Shown here in pieces: positions 42,455 through 54,765 of a DNA stretch of 64,000 bases; within the stretch, counting starts at the first letter, position 1, and each line of letters begins with the position of its first letter. The stretch is from contig NC_043008.1 of assembly GCF_006345805.1 (NCBI RefSeq), positions 73,222,001-73,286,000 of the forward strand. The letters run 5' to 3'. The translations under genes and the position numbers were made by a program. Under the pieces are notes generated by a model that saw only the letters and a list, made by a program, of their open reading frames with translations, searched no databases and was not told the origin of the DNA. The DNA is from Octopus sinensis (taxonomy: Eukaryota).

Positions 42455-42677
42455 ATTTACTCTTTTACTTGTTTCAGTGATTTGACTGTGGCCATGCTGG
42501 ATCACCGCATTTAGTCGAGCAAATTGACCCCAGGACTTATTCTTTGTAAGCCTAGTACTTATTCTATTGGTCTCTTTTGCCAAACTGCTAAGTTACGGGG
42601 ACATAAACACACCAGCATCAGTTGTCAATCGATTGTGGTGGGGTGGACACACATGGACACACAAACATACACACACA

Positions 42678-42749
<72 letters not shown>

Positions 42750-42908
42750 TACGATGGGCTTCTTTCAGTTTCTGTCTACCAAATCCACTCACAAGGCTTT
42801 GGTCAGCCCGAGCCTATAGTAGAAGACACTTGCCGAAGGTGCCACACAGTGGAACTGAACCCGGAACCATGTGGTTCGTAAACAAGCTACTTACCACACA
42901 GCCACTCC
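42455..42908 (-). mobile_element. SINE family A, full length, inverted orientation
   Basis: Reverse complement of 41584-41990, with a longer (TA)n core. Confidence 0.88.
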
Positions 42909-43293
42909 TATGCCTATATTAAATTTCATAGAATGTAACTTCTTGAATTATAAAAACTATTTCAGTTTCCAGATAAGGTACAATTATCACCAGGTGGCAA
43001 TCGCTGCAAGGTGGTTAATATGAATAGATTCCATTTTATGTTAAGTATTCAGTTTATTCTATTTGTTTCAGTTCTCTTTTGTGACATTTACAGGACAAAG
43101 TTCAAGGGTGAAGAATCTCCAGAGAGTTGTTGTCTGCTCTGATAAGAAATAATTGGGCAAGTGTTTGGTGTGTGGCATGTGATGTCACAAAATGAGCAAT
43201 GGTATGAATTAGGATTAGGTCAAAGTAATATTTTGAGAACTAATCTACCAGTGATCTAGTGTGGAATACCAATAGAAGAATCAAATCAATGAA

Positions 43294-43700
43294 GGAGTGG
43301 CTGTGTGGTAAGTAGCTTGCTTACCAACCACATGGTTCCGGGTCCAGTTCCACTGCATGGCACTTTGGGCAAGTGTCTTCTACTATACCTTCAGGCCGAC
43401 CAAAGCTTTGTGAGTGGATTTGGTAAATGGAAACTGAAAGAAGCGTATTGAATATATGTATATATATACATGTGATTGTGTGTGTATGTTTGTGTCTGTG
43501 TTTGTCCCCCGCTCCCAATATCGCTTGACAACCAATGGTGGTGTGTTTACGGCCCCGTAACTTAGCAGTTCAGTAAAAGAGACCGCTAGAATAAGTAATA
43601 GGCTTACAAGGAATAAGTCCTGGAGTCGATTTGCTCGACTAAAGGCGGTGATCCAGCATGGCCACAGTCAAATGACTAAAACAAGTAAAAGAGGTAAGAG
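43294..43700 (+). mobile_element. SINE family A, full length
   Basis: Homologous to 41584-41990. Confidence 0.88.
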
Positions 43701-45399
43701 AGTTTTACAATTATGAGAGGTAAGTGAATTTAATTCTCTTACTAATCAAATAACCAACGATCTCTACAATGACTCCCATGCTTATATCAGTGAATATTAT
43801 CGTAATATAACTCTGTATTGTATTCAAAATGTCTAAATTGCTCTAGATCACCCACTTCAAGGCCTGCAATAAGTTAACTGAATACCCCTTTGCCTGTTGT
43901 CCAGTACCATATAAAAATGATCACTTATACTCACTAGATAAATTTGTGCCTTCACTATCTCCATTCTTTAAGTGTTACTGATTGAAAGAACTGTGGTGTT
44001 GTAGCAGATATAAAAATACAAGACTGCTTACTATTGATTTCAGTTTGTCTGTAGCTTTATTTGAAAACCAAAAACATTCAAGTATTGTCGGAGATTGTTA
44101 TTCGTCTTAGAAACGGTAATATTCTTCAAGTCATCATGGTAGAAATATTCCAGTATCAGATAACAATAGGAATGTATTCTAAGAATATTTCAACATTCTC
44201 ACTGTCTTTGTTGAAGAATTTACTTCATAAATAAAACGTCAACTTCCAGAATAAATGATATTTCCCATGTGTATTAAACAGATGGATTTATATCATCCAT
44301 TTGATATTCTCCTGAGACTGCACGAACAAATTGTACATTGTAACTAGGTATAAATACAACAACACTGTTATTATTAATAACTGTATGTAAATATTAAATT
44401 GCTTTGTCTAAAGCTGGTCTCTGTAAGCATCAATATCAAATAGTGAAGAATTTCTATTACAGTTGTGTCTTTAAAAGTTAAATCCAGAGAATATTCAGTT
44501 TGAATAAGAGGTGGGAATAAAGGTTAGAAGAAAGGTAAAGGTGGATATATAGAATGAGGGATGAGTTTGTGGGATCAAATTATAGAAAGATACACAAAGT
44601 TAAAAAACTTTTCTTAGCCAGCAGTTGACAGAAGAAAACTTTCGATGATCATTCATTGGTAAGCATTTGATAGACATAGAATTGAAAATTGGTGTATTGA
44701 GGCTGTGCACACCAGTATAATAAGTAAATACTGAAAGGGTGAGATTGTAAATTGAGAGAAATAAAGCAAACTGTATTGAGCATTATGATTAAGTAAACTT
44801 GAACATATTAAATGAAATGTTAGGTATTTAAAGGACACACACACACACACACACAAATTCCACATATACTTCTTGCTTTGTGCTCAACTGCTGTTTCATT
44901 AAGATAAACATCATTAAATGCATAATTACATGATTGTTATATATAATTATTCACCATCTTTCGATGTGGCTGAAAAACCAACTCCAACTAGTTTAGATTC
45001 ATACTATCCATCTCCTGAATACAAAATGTGGTTCATGAGACCTCTGTTCAGGTGATCATTCTGAGTCACCATCCCACCCTGTACACCAATCCTTTGCAAG
45101 GTTACCCATTTATAGCTGAGTAGAGAGGAGCAACATAAAATATTTTGCACAAAACCACAATGCACAGCTGGTCTGGGAATTGAAACTACGATCTGTTCTG
45201 ACAGTAGTATCCTTACCACTAGGCCATGGCCTTCACTACACAATTCAAATGAAATTAATTCAAAATTAATTCATTTAAAAGATGTGTTCACTTAAATTAT
45301 CAGAAATGTTATGTTGGATTTCTCATTAATATAACACATTTTTACCCAAATAATCAGCAATGTTTATTTGGTTAAAAACAGCTTTTATATTAATGAATT

Positions 45400-45974
45400 T
45401 GTTGTGTGGACACCCCCAGATGATGAAGTAGGCTAGCCCATTACGTAGATATAGAGGGAGAAGCCTAGACGTCAGGAGCTCAGCTGAGAGAGTAGCGGTA
45501 AGACTAGAACAGATTAGAGTTGAGTAGTAGAGGCATCTGAACGTGCGACATAACAGTGGCGATGAGAATGAGATTCGAACTCACACGGGAATATCCCAAT
45601 GGATTATGGTATGATTTGTTCCAGGTCCCAGAACCACAAGCAAAAGTGTTCAAGGTCCCAGAAACACAAGCAAAAACAGAACCGATACGTAGGTCGAACA
45701 GGAAGAGAAAACCTACAAAAATGATGGAAATTAATGCTAAGAGAAAAAGATAAGCCAGTTTCTCACCGAGGAAAAAAAATTGATAAATCCGGGTTTAAAG
45801 AACTCAAAAGGGAGAGGTGTTGTGTGGACACCCCCAGACGATGAAGTAGGCTAGCCCAATACGTAGATATAGGAGGGAGTAGCCTAGATGTCAAGAGCTC
45901 AGCTGAGAGAGTAGTGGTAAGACTAGAACAGAGTAGAGTTGAGTAGTAGAGGCATCAGAACGTACAACATAACA
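45400..45974 (+). mobile_element. Miniature LTR retroelement (TRIM-like deletion derivative, probably Ty3/Gypsy)
   Basis: LTRs 45400-45555 and 45818-45974 (TG...CA; 10 substitutions plus 1 indel by hand count); 5-bp TSD GAATT on both sides; PBS at 45557; polypurine tract aaaagggagagg 45806-45817; internal remnant PIRRSNRKRKP typical of an integrase C-terminal tail. Confidence 0.93.
45557..45606 (-). pseudogene. 3' 50 nt of a tRNA-Ser(GCU)-like molecule including CCA, embedded in the LTR element (not a functional tRNA gene)
   Basis: Minus strand taatccatt gggatattccc gt gtgag ttcgaat ctcat tctcatc g cca: long variable arm, canonical T loop with paired stem, discriminator G, encoded CCA. Confidence 0.85.
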
Positions 45975-46377
45975 GAATTATTTGTTACAATTATGCAACA
46001 TATATTTAATTTATGTTTATCTCTATGAAACATTTTAAGTATGCTCTGTATGTGAAATCTGTATTTTCCTTCATTTATGCTAAATATGTTGATCTTGATC
46101 ATTTTACCCTATTATGTATAGTCATGTAAACCATTTCCACTTTGATTTACTGCAATGTAATAACATGCTGGAATAGTTTAACAACTAGTTGTTAACTGAG
46201 GTCTTAATTACCATAGATTTATTTTTTATGTTTATAAACTGTATCAGTGAATGGATATATATATATTTATATATACATTCAACAATATAAGGAATGGCCA
46301 TAATAGGGCATTCGACTCACTAGAAAGAGCAGCCAAACTCAAACCGCTAAATAGTTGTAATTCTGAAATTGAAAGAG

Positions 46378-46409
<32 letters not shown>

Positions 46410-46456
46410 CAACATATATATCTGAAAAAGAAGCACACTCCAAAGTACAGAGCAGT

Positions 46457-46815
46457 AAAGTAATAAAGTTAATGTCTGGCTGTAAAATGACCAATGGTTT
46501 CACATCCATGAAGGTTATAGTTTCATGGACAACTTGTCAGACTGTAGCCTGAAGACAAAATTAATAGCAGCCCAAGGGATAGATTCCTTATTCTCCTCTC
46601 CAGGTCCTTAAATATTTGGTCTAGGGGAGATAACCTGTCCTCACTCATGCCAGACATTTTATTCTCTGATAACCAATTGACAGATGACCATAACGTTATT
46701 CGACCTCTCAGAGGTGAAGAGTTAATTTTGTCTTCAGGCTAGAGACTGATGAGTTGTTCTTTTTATGGATGCAAAACCATTGGTCACTCTGACCAGACAT
46801 TAACTTTATTACTTT
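46457..46815. mobile_element. MITE with ~105-bp imperfect TIRs
   Basis: aaagtaataaagttaatgtctgg..tagcctgaagacaaaattaa versus ttaattttgtcttcaggcta..ccagacattaactttattacttt. Confidence 0.8.
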
Positions 46816-48269
46816 GATATATATATATATATATCATTTAATGTCTCTTTTCTATACTGGCATGAGTTGGATGATTTGTCAGGTGCTGGCCAGCTGAAGG
46901 GCTGTCATCCTTAACACCAACTTCTTTACAGAGTATACTGGAAGCTTTAATACAGCACCAGAATTCATGTATTTATGTGGCACCTGTGAGGGTGCATTTT
47001 TTGTGGTACTGCACCCACAAGCCTGGAAAGTTAGGAATGCACAGCTGGTGGTGGTGGTGGTGGGGGTGTATGCAGGGGACAGACTGTAAGCAAGGAAAAC
47101 CACAGACATATACATATATGTGCCTGTGTGTTGACATACTGTAGAATATTTGAAACAGACATTAGACATATGGTAGACATAGCTTATGTTAAGTGTATTC
47201 CCAATATATACATGTGTGAGCATGTTATTATACATACATTCATAGATATTTGTACATTCACACACAGGCACACACCCACCTACACACACATACAAATTAA
47301 TTTTCTTTCTTCATCATTGGAGCACTTGCTTATGTTACTAAATGTTAATCTTAAAATGCAGGGAATTTCAGTTAAAGAAGTACAACATATAATATATAAC
47401 ATCACATATCCAGTGTGGCAGTAGAGTTATCAAAATATGCTAGACTTATTTTTAAAATTCAATATACAAGCTTTTACTATTCTTATCGTAATTGTACCAT
47501 GTAGAAAGCAACCTTTCCTTTGTAAAGAAATAATTGTTAAATATTTTTTATGAACAACCAATGTTGATTATCTACCTACCTACCTACCTGCCCCCCCCCA
47601 CATACATGTGTGTGTGTGTGTGTGTGTGCATGTGTTTTGCAAGATTCTTGATGTGAAATAGTGTGTTGAAACAGATATTGTTATCCTTGAGGATGGTTGT
47701 GTTTATCTGGAAAAATATGACACTCTCCGACTATATATATATATATATATATACATGCATATACATGCATACATACATACATACATACATACATATTTGT
47801 CACCAACTATACTCTTTAATTCATTAGTTTTCTTACCCTCTCTTTCACCTCCTCTACCCCTTCCTCTCACCTACATCACATTCACATCTGCTCCTTGTCC
47901 TCTCAACACCCTCATGTTGTACTCCTACACCCCGACATTTCCCCAAAAAACAACAACACTTCCATAGCCGGTCCCCTATTCCCATCTCTCTACATGGCTG
48001 CCTTTCTGTACATGAGCATGTCAGCCCACCTCCTCCATTCTTCCTAACTAGCTTTGCATTACCACCTGAGCCCAAAACATTATTTGCACCACCTTTCTTC
48101 CTATTGTTCCCCTTCTTGTCTTTTTCTGTTGAAAGACTAGCATTAAAACTGTTAAAGACTCTTTTGCTTCCTCTCAATTATTATTCAAATAACACCTTTG
48201 TCAAAAGTTGTCCTATTATTTTGTCTTTTTCTTAGTTTTGCTCATTACATTATATATATATAGCAGTGG

Positions 48270-48735
48270 TGGATAAGACATATAACACCAGGTTAACCCC
48301 AGGTAATTATATCCCCGCAAAATTCACTTTACCATCTTCTAGATTCTTATGTGGTTGTAGACATCCTACCTCTTGTCTCTCAGAAAATAGATGCCTCACA
48401 AAAAATATGATATGTAAATGTATTGTATCCATAGAAGATTCTAAATATGTATATATCAGATTATCTAGCACCATCTACAAGGCCAGAATCGGTAATCCCT
48501 ATTCTAGTTTTAAATCTCAAGCAAAAATAAACAGCACTTCTTTATCTAGGCTCATTCATAATGTTAAACAAAACTCAGTTCTATACAATTTAAAATGGTT
48601 TCCCATTATCCATACCAAACTGTATAATTGTTATAGCAACAAATGCAATCTCTGCATCACAGAAGTATTATCAATGATGCAATACAGTGATTGCCTTAAT
48701 GAATGGAATGACCGAATTCTTAGTTACAAATAGAA
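48270..48735 (+). mobile_element. PLE GIY-YIG endonuclease fragment (family distinct from 21400-23970)
   Basis: CLSENRCLTKNMICKCIV..YVYIRLSST..NSTSLSRLIH..KW..YN..KCNLCITE. Upstream 47780-48130 may belong to the same element. Confidence 0.75.
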
Positions 48736-50024
48736 GTTTTGTAATACATTGTTATGATATTGCAAATAACAGTGCCCTCCCTAATTATTCTCTAACAAAT
48801 TCTCCTGCATTCCCACCCAGCACTCGAAGTTCTATGTATTTATAACAAGAAATTTTTTTAGCTACCTTTATATTCTCCTAACCCTATGATCTCCTTATAT
48901 CTTCATCTCTGCATATGAGAATATGTAGGTGCATATGCACATGGGCACATCTATGGGGGTACTATAGACATACAGTGAACATACACATGCACACAGATAT
49001 GAGAATATTTAGTTTTACTAGTAAGTAGTTAGCCACCAATCAATCTCTGATTGCTATGTTCCCCTAATGGCTAGAAATTTTATCTCCCATCTGCCTCTCT
49101 TTCTTCCACGTCCCCTCTTCTTCTTTCCAAGCAAATCCACCTTACTCCCACTTTTAAATATTTGACCTTTTCTTTTCCAGTTCTTCTAATTCTTGACCAT
49201 TTCACTTCTGAAAATTCTTTCCTTTCCTTTTCTTTTTATTTTATATAAATGTATATGCATTGGTGTGACTATATTTATTTACCATTGACATAGGAAAGTG
49301 ACCTCAGCTTAATATCAACAACGACCTTCCCCTAAAGTCAGCATTCATCTAACCTATTTTCCCACTTCTTCCTCCATCTCCTTTTCTTTATTCTTAACAA
49401 CTTTAGTACAGTTGTCCACTCCTGTATTTCTTTACCTCTTCCTTCTTTTCTATTGACAGCCATTTGATTTCTTCATACATGTTTTCTATTTCTTTTTCTT
49501 TTTACTCTGTTCTTCCAACTTCACTCATTTTAAATTATATCTCCAGTGAGTTAACTTGGGATTCCTTAACAGCAATGTAACTTTCATTTAACCAAGGTAT
49601 CATGGCCCGATGTGTAACTAGTGAAGTACCCTTCATTGAGTAATTATTACTTCTGCAGATCTTCTAGCTAGGATTTTACCAGCTCCATTCCCTCAATTTA
49701 GATTTTTATTCACATTCATAGCAATCCTAGTTGCTAACCATGAACTCTAAAACAAATTTTTTTCAGCTTATTGAACTTTGATATGGGAAAAGCCAAAAAC
49801 CGTCTACGTCAATAAACTATTATTATTCCTGAAAGTTGTTTTTTTTAATGCCTGCCACAAACTGCTCAAAGCTTACTAACCTCCTACACCTAGATCCTTG
49901 CATCTTACGATTATACATATGTTATGTATGTGTGTGTGTGTGTGTACATATATGCACACATACATACATACATACATACATACATACATACATACATACA
50001 TACATACATACATACATACAAACA

Positions 50025-50870
50025 TACATAGTAAAAATCTCCAAGATGATAGTAACATCAATCATCAAAGCAGTTTATCATGGACCAATAGTCAGATTAC
50101 TACTTCCCACTTTGAAGGGTATGCGTTTGCAATCCAGGAACAGGAAATATCATCCTGATGTACAAAATGAGAAAGAGATGCAGGAAAAGCAGTAAAATGT
50201 GACAACTGATGCAAACTCCGTGGAGTTAACACTGAAGATATCACCCACATCATTAGCAGCTGTCTAAAAATGTCATTACGGTATAATCTACCGTTGAGAC
50301 ATGAGACTGTAGCTATGACACTCTATAATGAAATCCATTGGAAGAATAACCCCGAGGACAAAGAAATAAGATCCCATAGTAAGGTAGAAGCCATAGCTGC
50401 TCATAACAAAAAGGACTACTAGTGGAATGTACCAGTAAAGACCTCAATAAAATGTAAACACAATAGACCTGATATAATGATTTGGGATAGAGAAGAGAAA
50501 CTGTGCACTGTTGTGGAAATTAGCTGCCCAGTGGATGTTAACATAAAGCTGAAGAATGCCTATATTGAACTACTGAGAAATCTGCAGTTACTCTATCCAG
50601 ATTACAAGTTCAGGTTTATACCTGTAATTATTGGGGCTCTGTGATATGGAACACACTGACTAAATACCAGTTTCAAGAGATTAGGCTTCTCAAAACCAGA
50701 AAGGCGAAAGCTAATTCGAAAACTACAGATCCAATCCATCACCGGAACTGTAAAACTCTGTAAAACTTTCCAGAAGTTTATCATATATATATAAGAGCAT
50801 GTCTAGATATGCAACTATATGCCTAAGAATACATACATAAAGCAAAGCATATAAATCTGCACACATACAT
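50025..50870 (+). mobile_element. 5'-truncated R4/Dong-like RLE LINE embedded in (TACA)n
   Basis: SHFEGYAFAIQEQEI; decayed CCHC knuckle; NRPDIMIWDREEKLCTVVEISCP (PD-D/E nuclease); RFIPVIIGAL; QSITGTVKLCKTF. (TACA)n on both sides. Confidence 0.88.
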
Positions 50871-51978
50871 ACATACATACATACATACATACTTACTTAC
50901 ATACATACATACATGCATGCATGCATACATACATACATACATGCATACATACATACTTACATACATACATACATACATACATACTTACATACATACATAC
51001 ATGCATGCATGCATGCATACATACATACATACATACATGCATACATACACAGACACACACACACACTTATATACATGCACACACTTATACACACACACAC
51101 TTATACACACACAATGAGAAAGAAAGAGATGCTATTCTGAAGGGCAATAGTTTAGTGCAACTTGTCATATGCATTTTTGTAACCAATCAGAGAACTATAG
51201 CCTATGAGGATAATTTTCCTATAGAAATAGGAAAAACTTATTCTCTTCTTTTTGGTCAACTGGTATCTTCCAATATTCCCTCTTGCCAGCAGTATCACTC
51301 TCTGTAGTGGATAAGTTCCATTTGAACAGACCCTTGAATGAATTTCCATCAGCAAATTTGTGTGTTTAACTGACTATAGCAGTGGCCCTTGATTGCTTGC
51401 ATGTCTTTAACGTTACTATGCCAAGTATTCCATTGACACAAAAACATGAAAATATCTATGTACATTGTTTCCATAACATTTCTATAACATGAAATATCTA
51501 ATTGACATATCAATGTGCATTTTACATAGGCACATGTATGAAAATTGTTGCAAATTAATAGCTAGAATCTTTCATGTTTGGATTCTATATTTAATATATA
51601 TTCTCAAAACATGAGCTGGGAAATTTACTATTGATTCATAATAATGGTACGATTTTTCTAGATCTTTTTTGTTGTTCGATAATAAAAGAAAAAAAATATT
51701 GTAAACAACTAATTTATTGTTGTATTCATGAATGCACATTTGAAGATTTAGATGTGCATCTGCATCTTCAAATTGTGAGTAATGTAGAACTGAGTCAACT
51801 TGTTATTAAATAAATACAGCTATATCCGTGTTCTGGAGGCACATTTGTCTGTTTTTAGCTCTCATGCGTGCGCACACACACACACAAACAAATACATACA
51901 TTCATGCACATATACATATATATATATATACCTACATACACACACTTATACATATATATAAATATACAAACACATACT

Positions 51979-52016
<38 letters not shown>

Positions 52017-52513
52017 CATACATATATATGCACACATATACTTGTATATGTACTTATACACATACACACATACATATAGAGATGTGTGTTTGTATATATA
52101 TTTACACACACACATACACACATATCTATATATATATATATAAAAAATCATCACATTCAACCTAACTTGGATGTGTTGTTTATAATACCATACTAATTTC
52201 GTGTAGACAAGAAATGCTAAAAGGCATAAAAATTCTGTCAGTGAATGAAATTTTGTCACCACTAACAAAGGGCACAATGAAATTTTAGCTAACCAGAAGA
52301 ATTTCAACATCTTTTAACATAAGATTACCATACCAAAAATAAGCTATAATAAACCTTCTAGATGTTTTCAATTGTATTTATCACATATGCTTGAATCCTT
52401 TTAGGTTAACAACTGGTCTGGTGAGTCATCTCAGAGTACTTGGATGTAATGGTATTGGTGTAATGTAGATTAACTGAGATGGCAATCAACTCTTAAGATG
52501 ATGTAATCAATAA

Positions 52514-52545
<32 letters not shown>

Positions 52546-52548
<3 letters not shown>

Positions 52549-53136
52549 GGCCTCACTGAGGAAATGACCAGCGACCGAGACCTTTGGAAATATGCTGTAC
52601 ATGAGAAGACCAGGCAGGACAAGTGAGCCCAGCCCACTTATGCATGCCTTTCCTCCCTTGGACACAAAGACCTCTTGAGGCAAGCGAAGTCGATATAGAA
52701 CCTCATCCGACGACAGGCACCCATGCCAACCCCCTTTGCTTGCGAAGACATGTTGGGGCAAGCGAAATCGAAATTGAAATCGAATTGAACCAGCCAGGAT
52801 CCCTGGTCTGGTGGTACGTAAAAAGCACTATCCGACTCATGGCCGATGCCAGTGCCGCCTCGACTGGCTTCCGTGCCGGTGGCACATAAAATACACCAAT
52901 CCAACCGTGGCCGTTGCCAGCCTCGCCTGGCACCTGTGCAGGTGGCCCGTAAAAAGCACCCACTACACTCACGGAGTGGTTGGCGTTAGGAAGGGCATCC
53001 AGCTGTAGAAACATTGCCAGATAAGACTGGAGCCTGGTGCAGCCTTCTGGCTTCCCAGATCCCCGGTCGAACCGTCCAACCCATGCTAGCATGGAGAACG
53101 GACGTTAAACGATGATGATGATGATGATGATGATGA
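52546..53136 (+). mobile_element. Young RTE LINE 3' end: ORF terminus, 3' UTR and (GAT)n tail
   Basis: GLTEEMTSDRDLWKYAVHEKTRQDK* followed by the UTR seen throughout the window; CpGs retained. Confidence 0.88.
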
Positions 53137-53439
53137 TGTGTGTGTATATATATATATATATATATTAATAAATGAAATAAAACATATGCATATATATAAA
53201 CATATATGTACGTACATACCTCTACATGTACATATACATGCATATATGAGTACAGGACACCAAAGGGACGTCGAACACAAGGAGAAACGAAAACATAGAC
53301 ACAAACCAAAGGAACTGGACATTTTTTAAAAACAACAAAAAATATATATATATATATATACACACACATATGTATATACACACATATATATATCCATCAA
53401 TATATATGTATAAGTGATATATATATATATATATATATT

Positions 53440-53805
53440 TGGTGAAATAGAAAGATGAATAATCTTGTTGCATATTAATCAAAAGTTTAACCGATACCTT
53501 GGTAGCAAAAATCACAGCAGAAGAAAGCACGGTTGGAGGTACAACCATATGGTGTTGCAACCGTGCGTTGGTGCGGATAATTGAATTTTAATATTATTAG
53601 TGAATTGAAGAAATGGAGTTGAACGAAGATTGAACAGAAATCCTTTTATTGCATTCTACACGTGTTTCGAAAGCCACAATTTACCAAATTCCGATTGAAT
53701 AAGGAGACCATATTGTGTCTTTCTCTTCAGGAAGAAATAGGAATTCCGTTGGCAGAACAAAAACAGAATAGAGGCGTAGCAAAACAAATCGAACGAGGCC
53801 AAACT
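53440..53805 (-). mobile_element. Short non-coding PLE-type/retrozyme-like repeat carrying a hammerhead, inserted in (TA)n
   Basis: About 365 bp, CpG-retaining, flanked by TA runs, contains the ribozyme described next. Confidence 0.55.
53647..53739 (-). ncRNA. Type I hammerhead ribozyme
   Basis: uauuucuuc CUGAAGA GAAAGACACAAU [31 nt] AUUGUGGCUUUC GAA ACACGUGU A^GAAUGCAAUA. All core nucleotides present; stem II 11/12 paired; palindromic stem III; GUA cleavage triplet. Confidence 0.75.
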
Positions 53806-54232
53806 ATATATATATATCACTTAAAATGGAGGGCTGTTGTTGAAGAGGTAGACTCAGGAAAGCATAGGAAGAAGTACTGAAAGCCTATCACAAAATGCTG
53901 AGCTTTACAAAGGAGGTGGCAAAGAACTGAGATATGTGGCACATTGCTGTACTTGAGGAGACTTACTCACTGCAACAGAATTGAGATCCTAAAACCAAGG
54001 TACCATGTAAAAGCCCTGGTAATGTTACCATGTAAACAGTATGCAGTACACTGTGTGGAGTGTTTGGCATCAGGAAGGCCATCTAGCCATAGAAAGCAAA
54101 CCAAACTATGGAACCTGGTGTGGTCCCTGGCCTTGCCAATTCCTATCAAGCCAGTCAACCCATGCCAGCATGGAAAACAGACTTTAAATGGTGATGATGA
54201 TGATGGTGATATATATATATTTATATATATAT

Positions 54233-54278
<46 letters not shown>

Positions 54279-54383
54279 TATATATATATTATATATATAT
54301 ATAATATATATACATATATTTATATATATCACCATCATCATCATCATCATTATCATCTAAATATATACATATGTATAGGCATA

Positions 54384-54765
54384 GGAGTGGCTGTGTGGTA
54401 AGTAGCTTGCTTGCCAACCACATGGTTCCAGGGTCAGTCACACTGCATGGCACCTTGGGCAAGTGTCTTCTACTATAGCCTCTGGCTGACCAAAGCCTTG
54501 TGAGTGGATTTGGTAGATGGAAACTGAAAGAAGCCCATCATATATATATATGTGTGTGTGTGCATGTTTGTGCATCTGTGTTTGTCCCCCCCCCAACCGA
54601 TGGTGGTGTGTTTACGTCCCTGTAACTTAGCAGTTCGGCGAAAAGAGACCAATAGAATAAGTACTAGGTTTACAAAGAATAAGTCCTGGGGTTGATTTGC
54701 TCGACTAAAGGCGGTGTTTCAGCATAGCCACATTCAAATGATTGAAACAAGTAAAAGGGTAAAAG
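54384..54765 (+). mobile_element. SINE family A, full length
   Basis: Homologous to 41584-41990. Confidence 0.88.

Noticed and set aside
45556-45753. 65-aa ORF fusing the tRNA-antisense sequence to an integrase tail
   Set aside because: GTG start, short, and an incidental product of the deletion junction.
46690-46745. CUGAAGA..GUCGAA..palindrome in the MITE (hammerhead-like); similar traces at 49765-49820
   Set aside because: Required core nucleotides (A15.1, stems I and II register) are missing.
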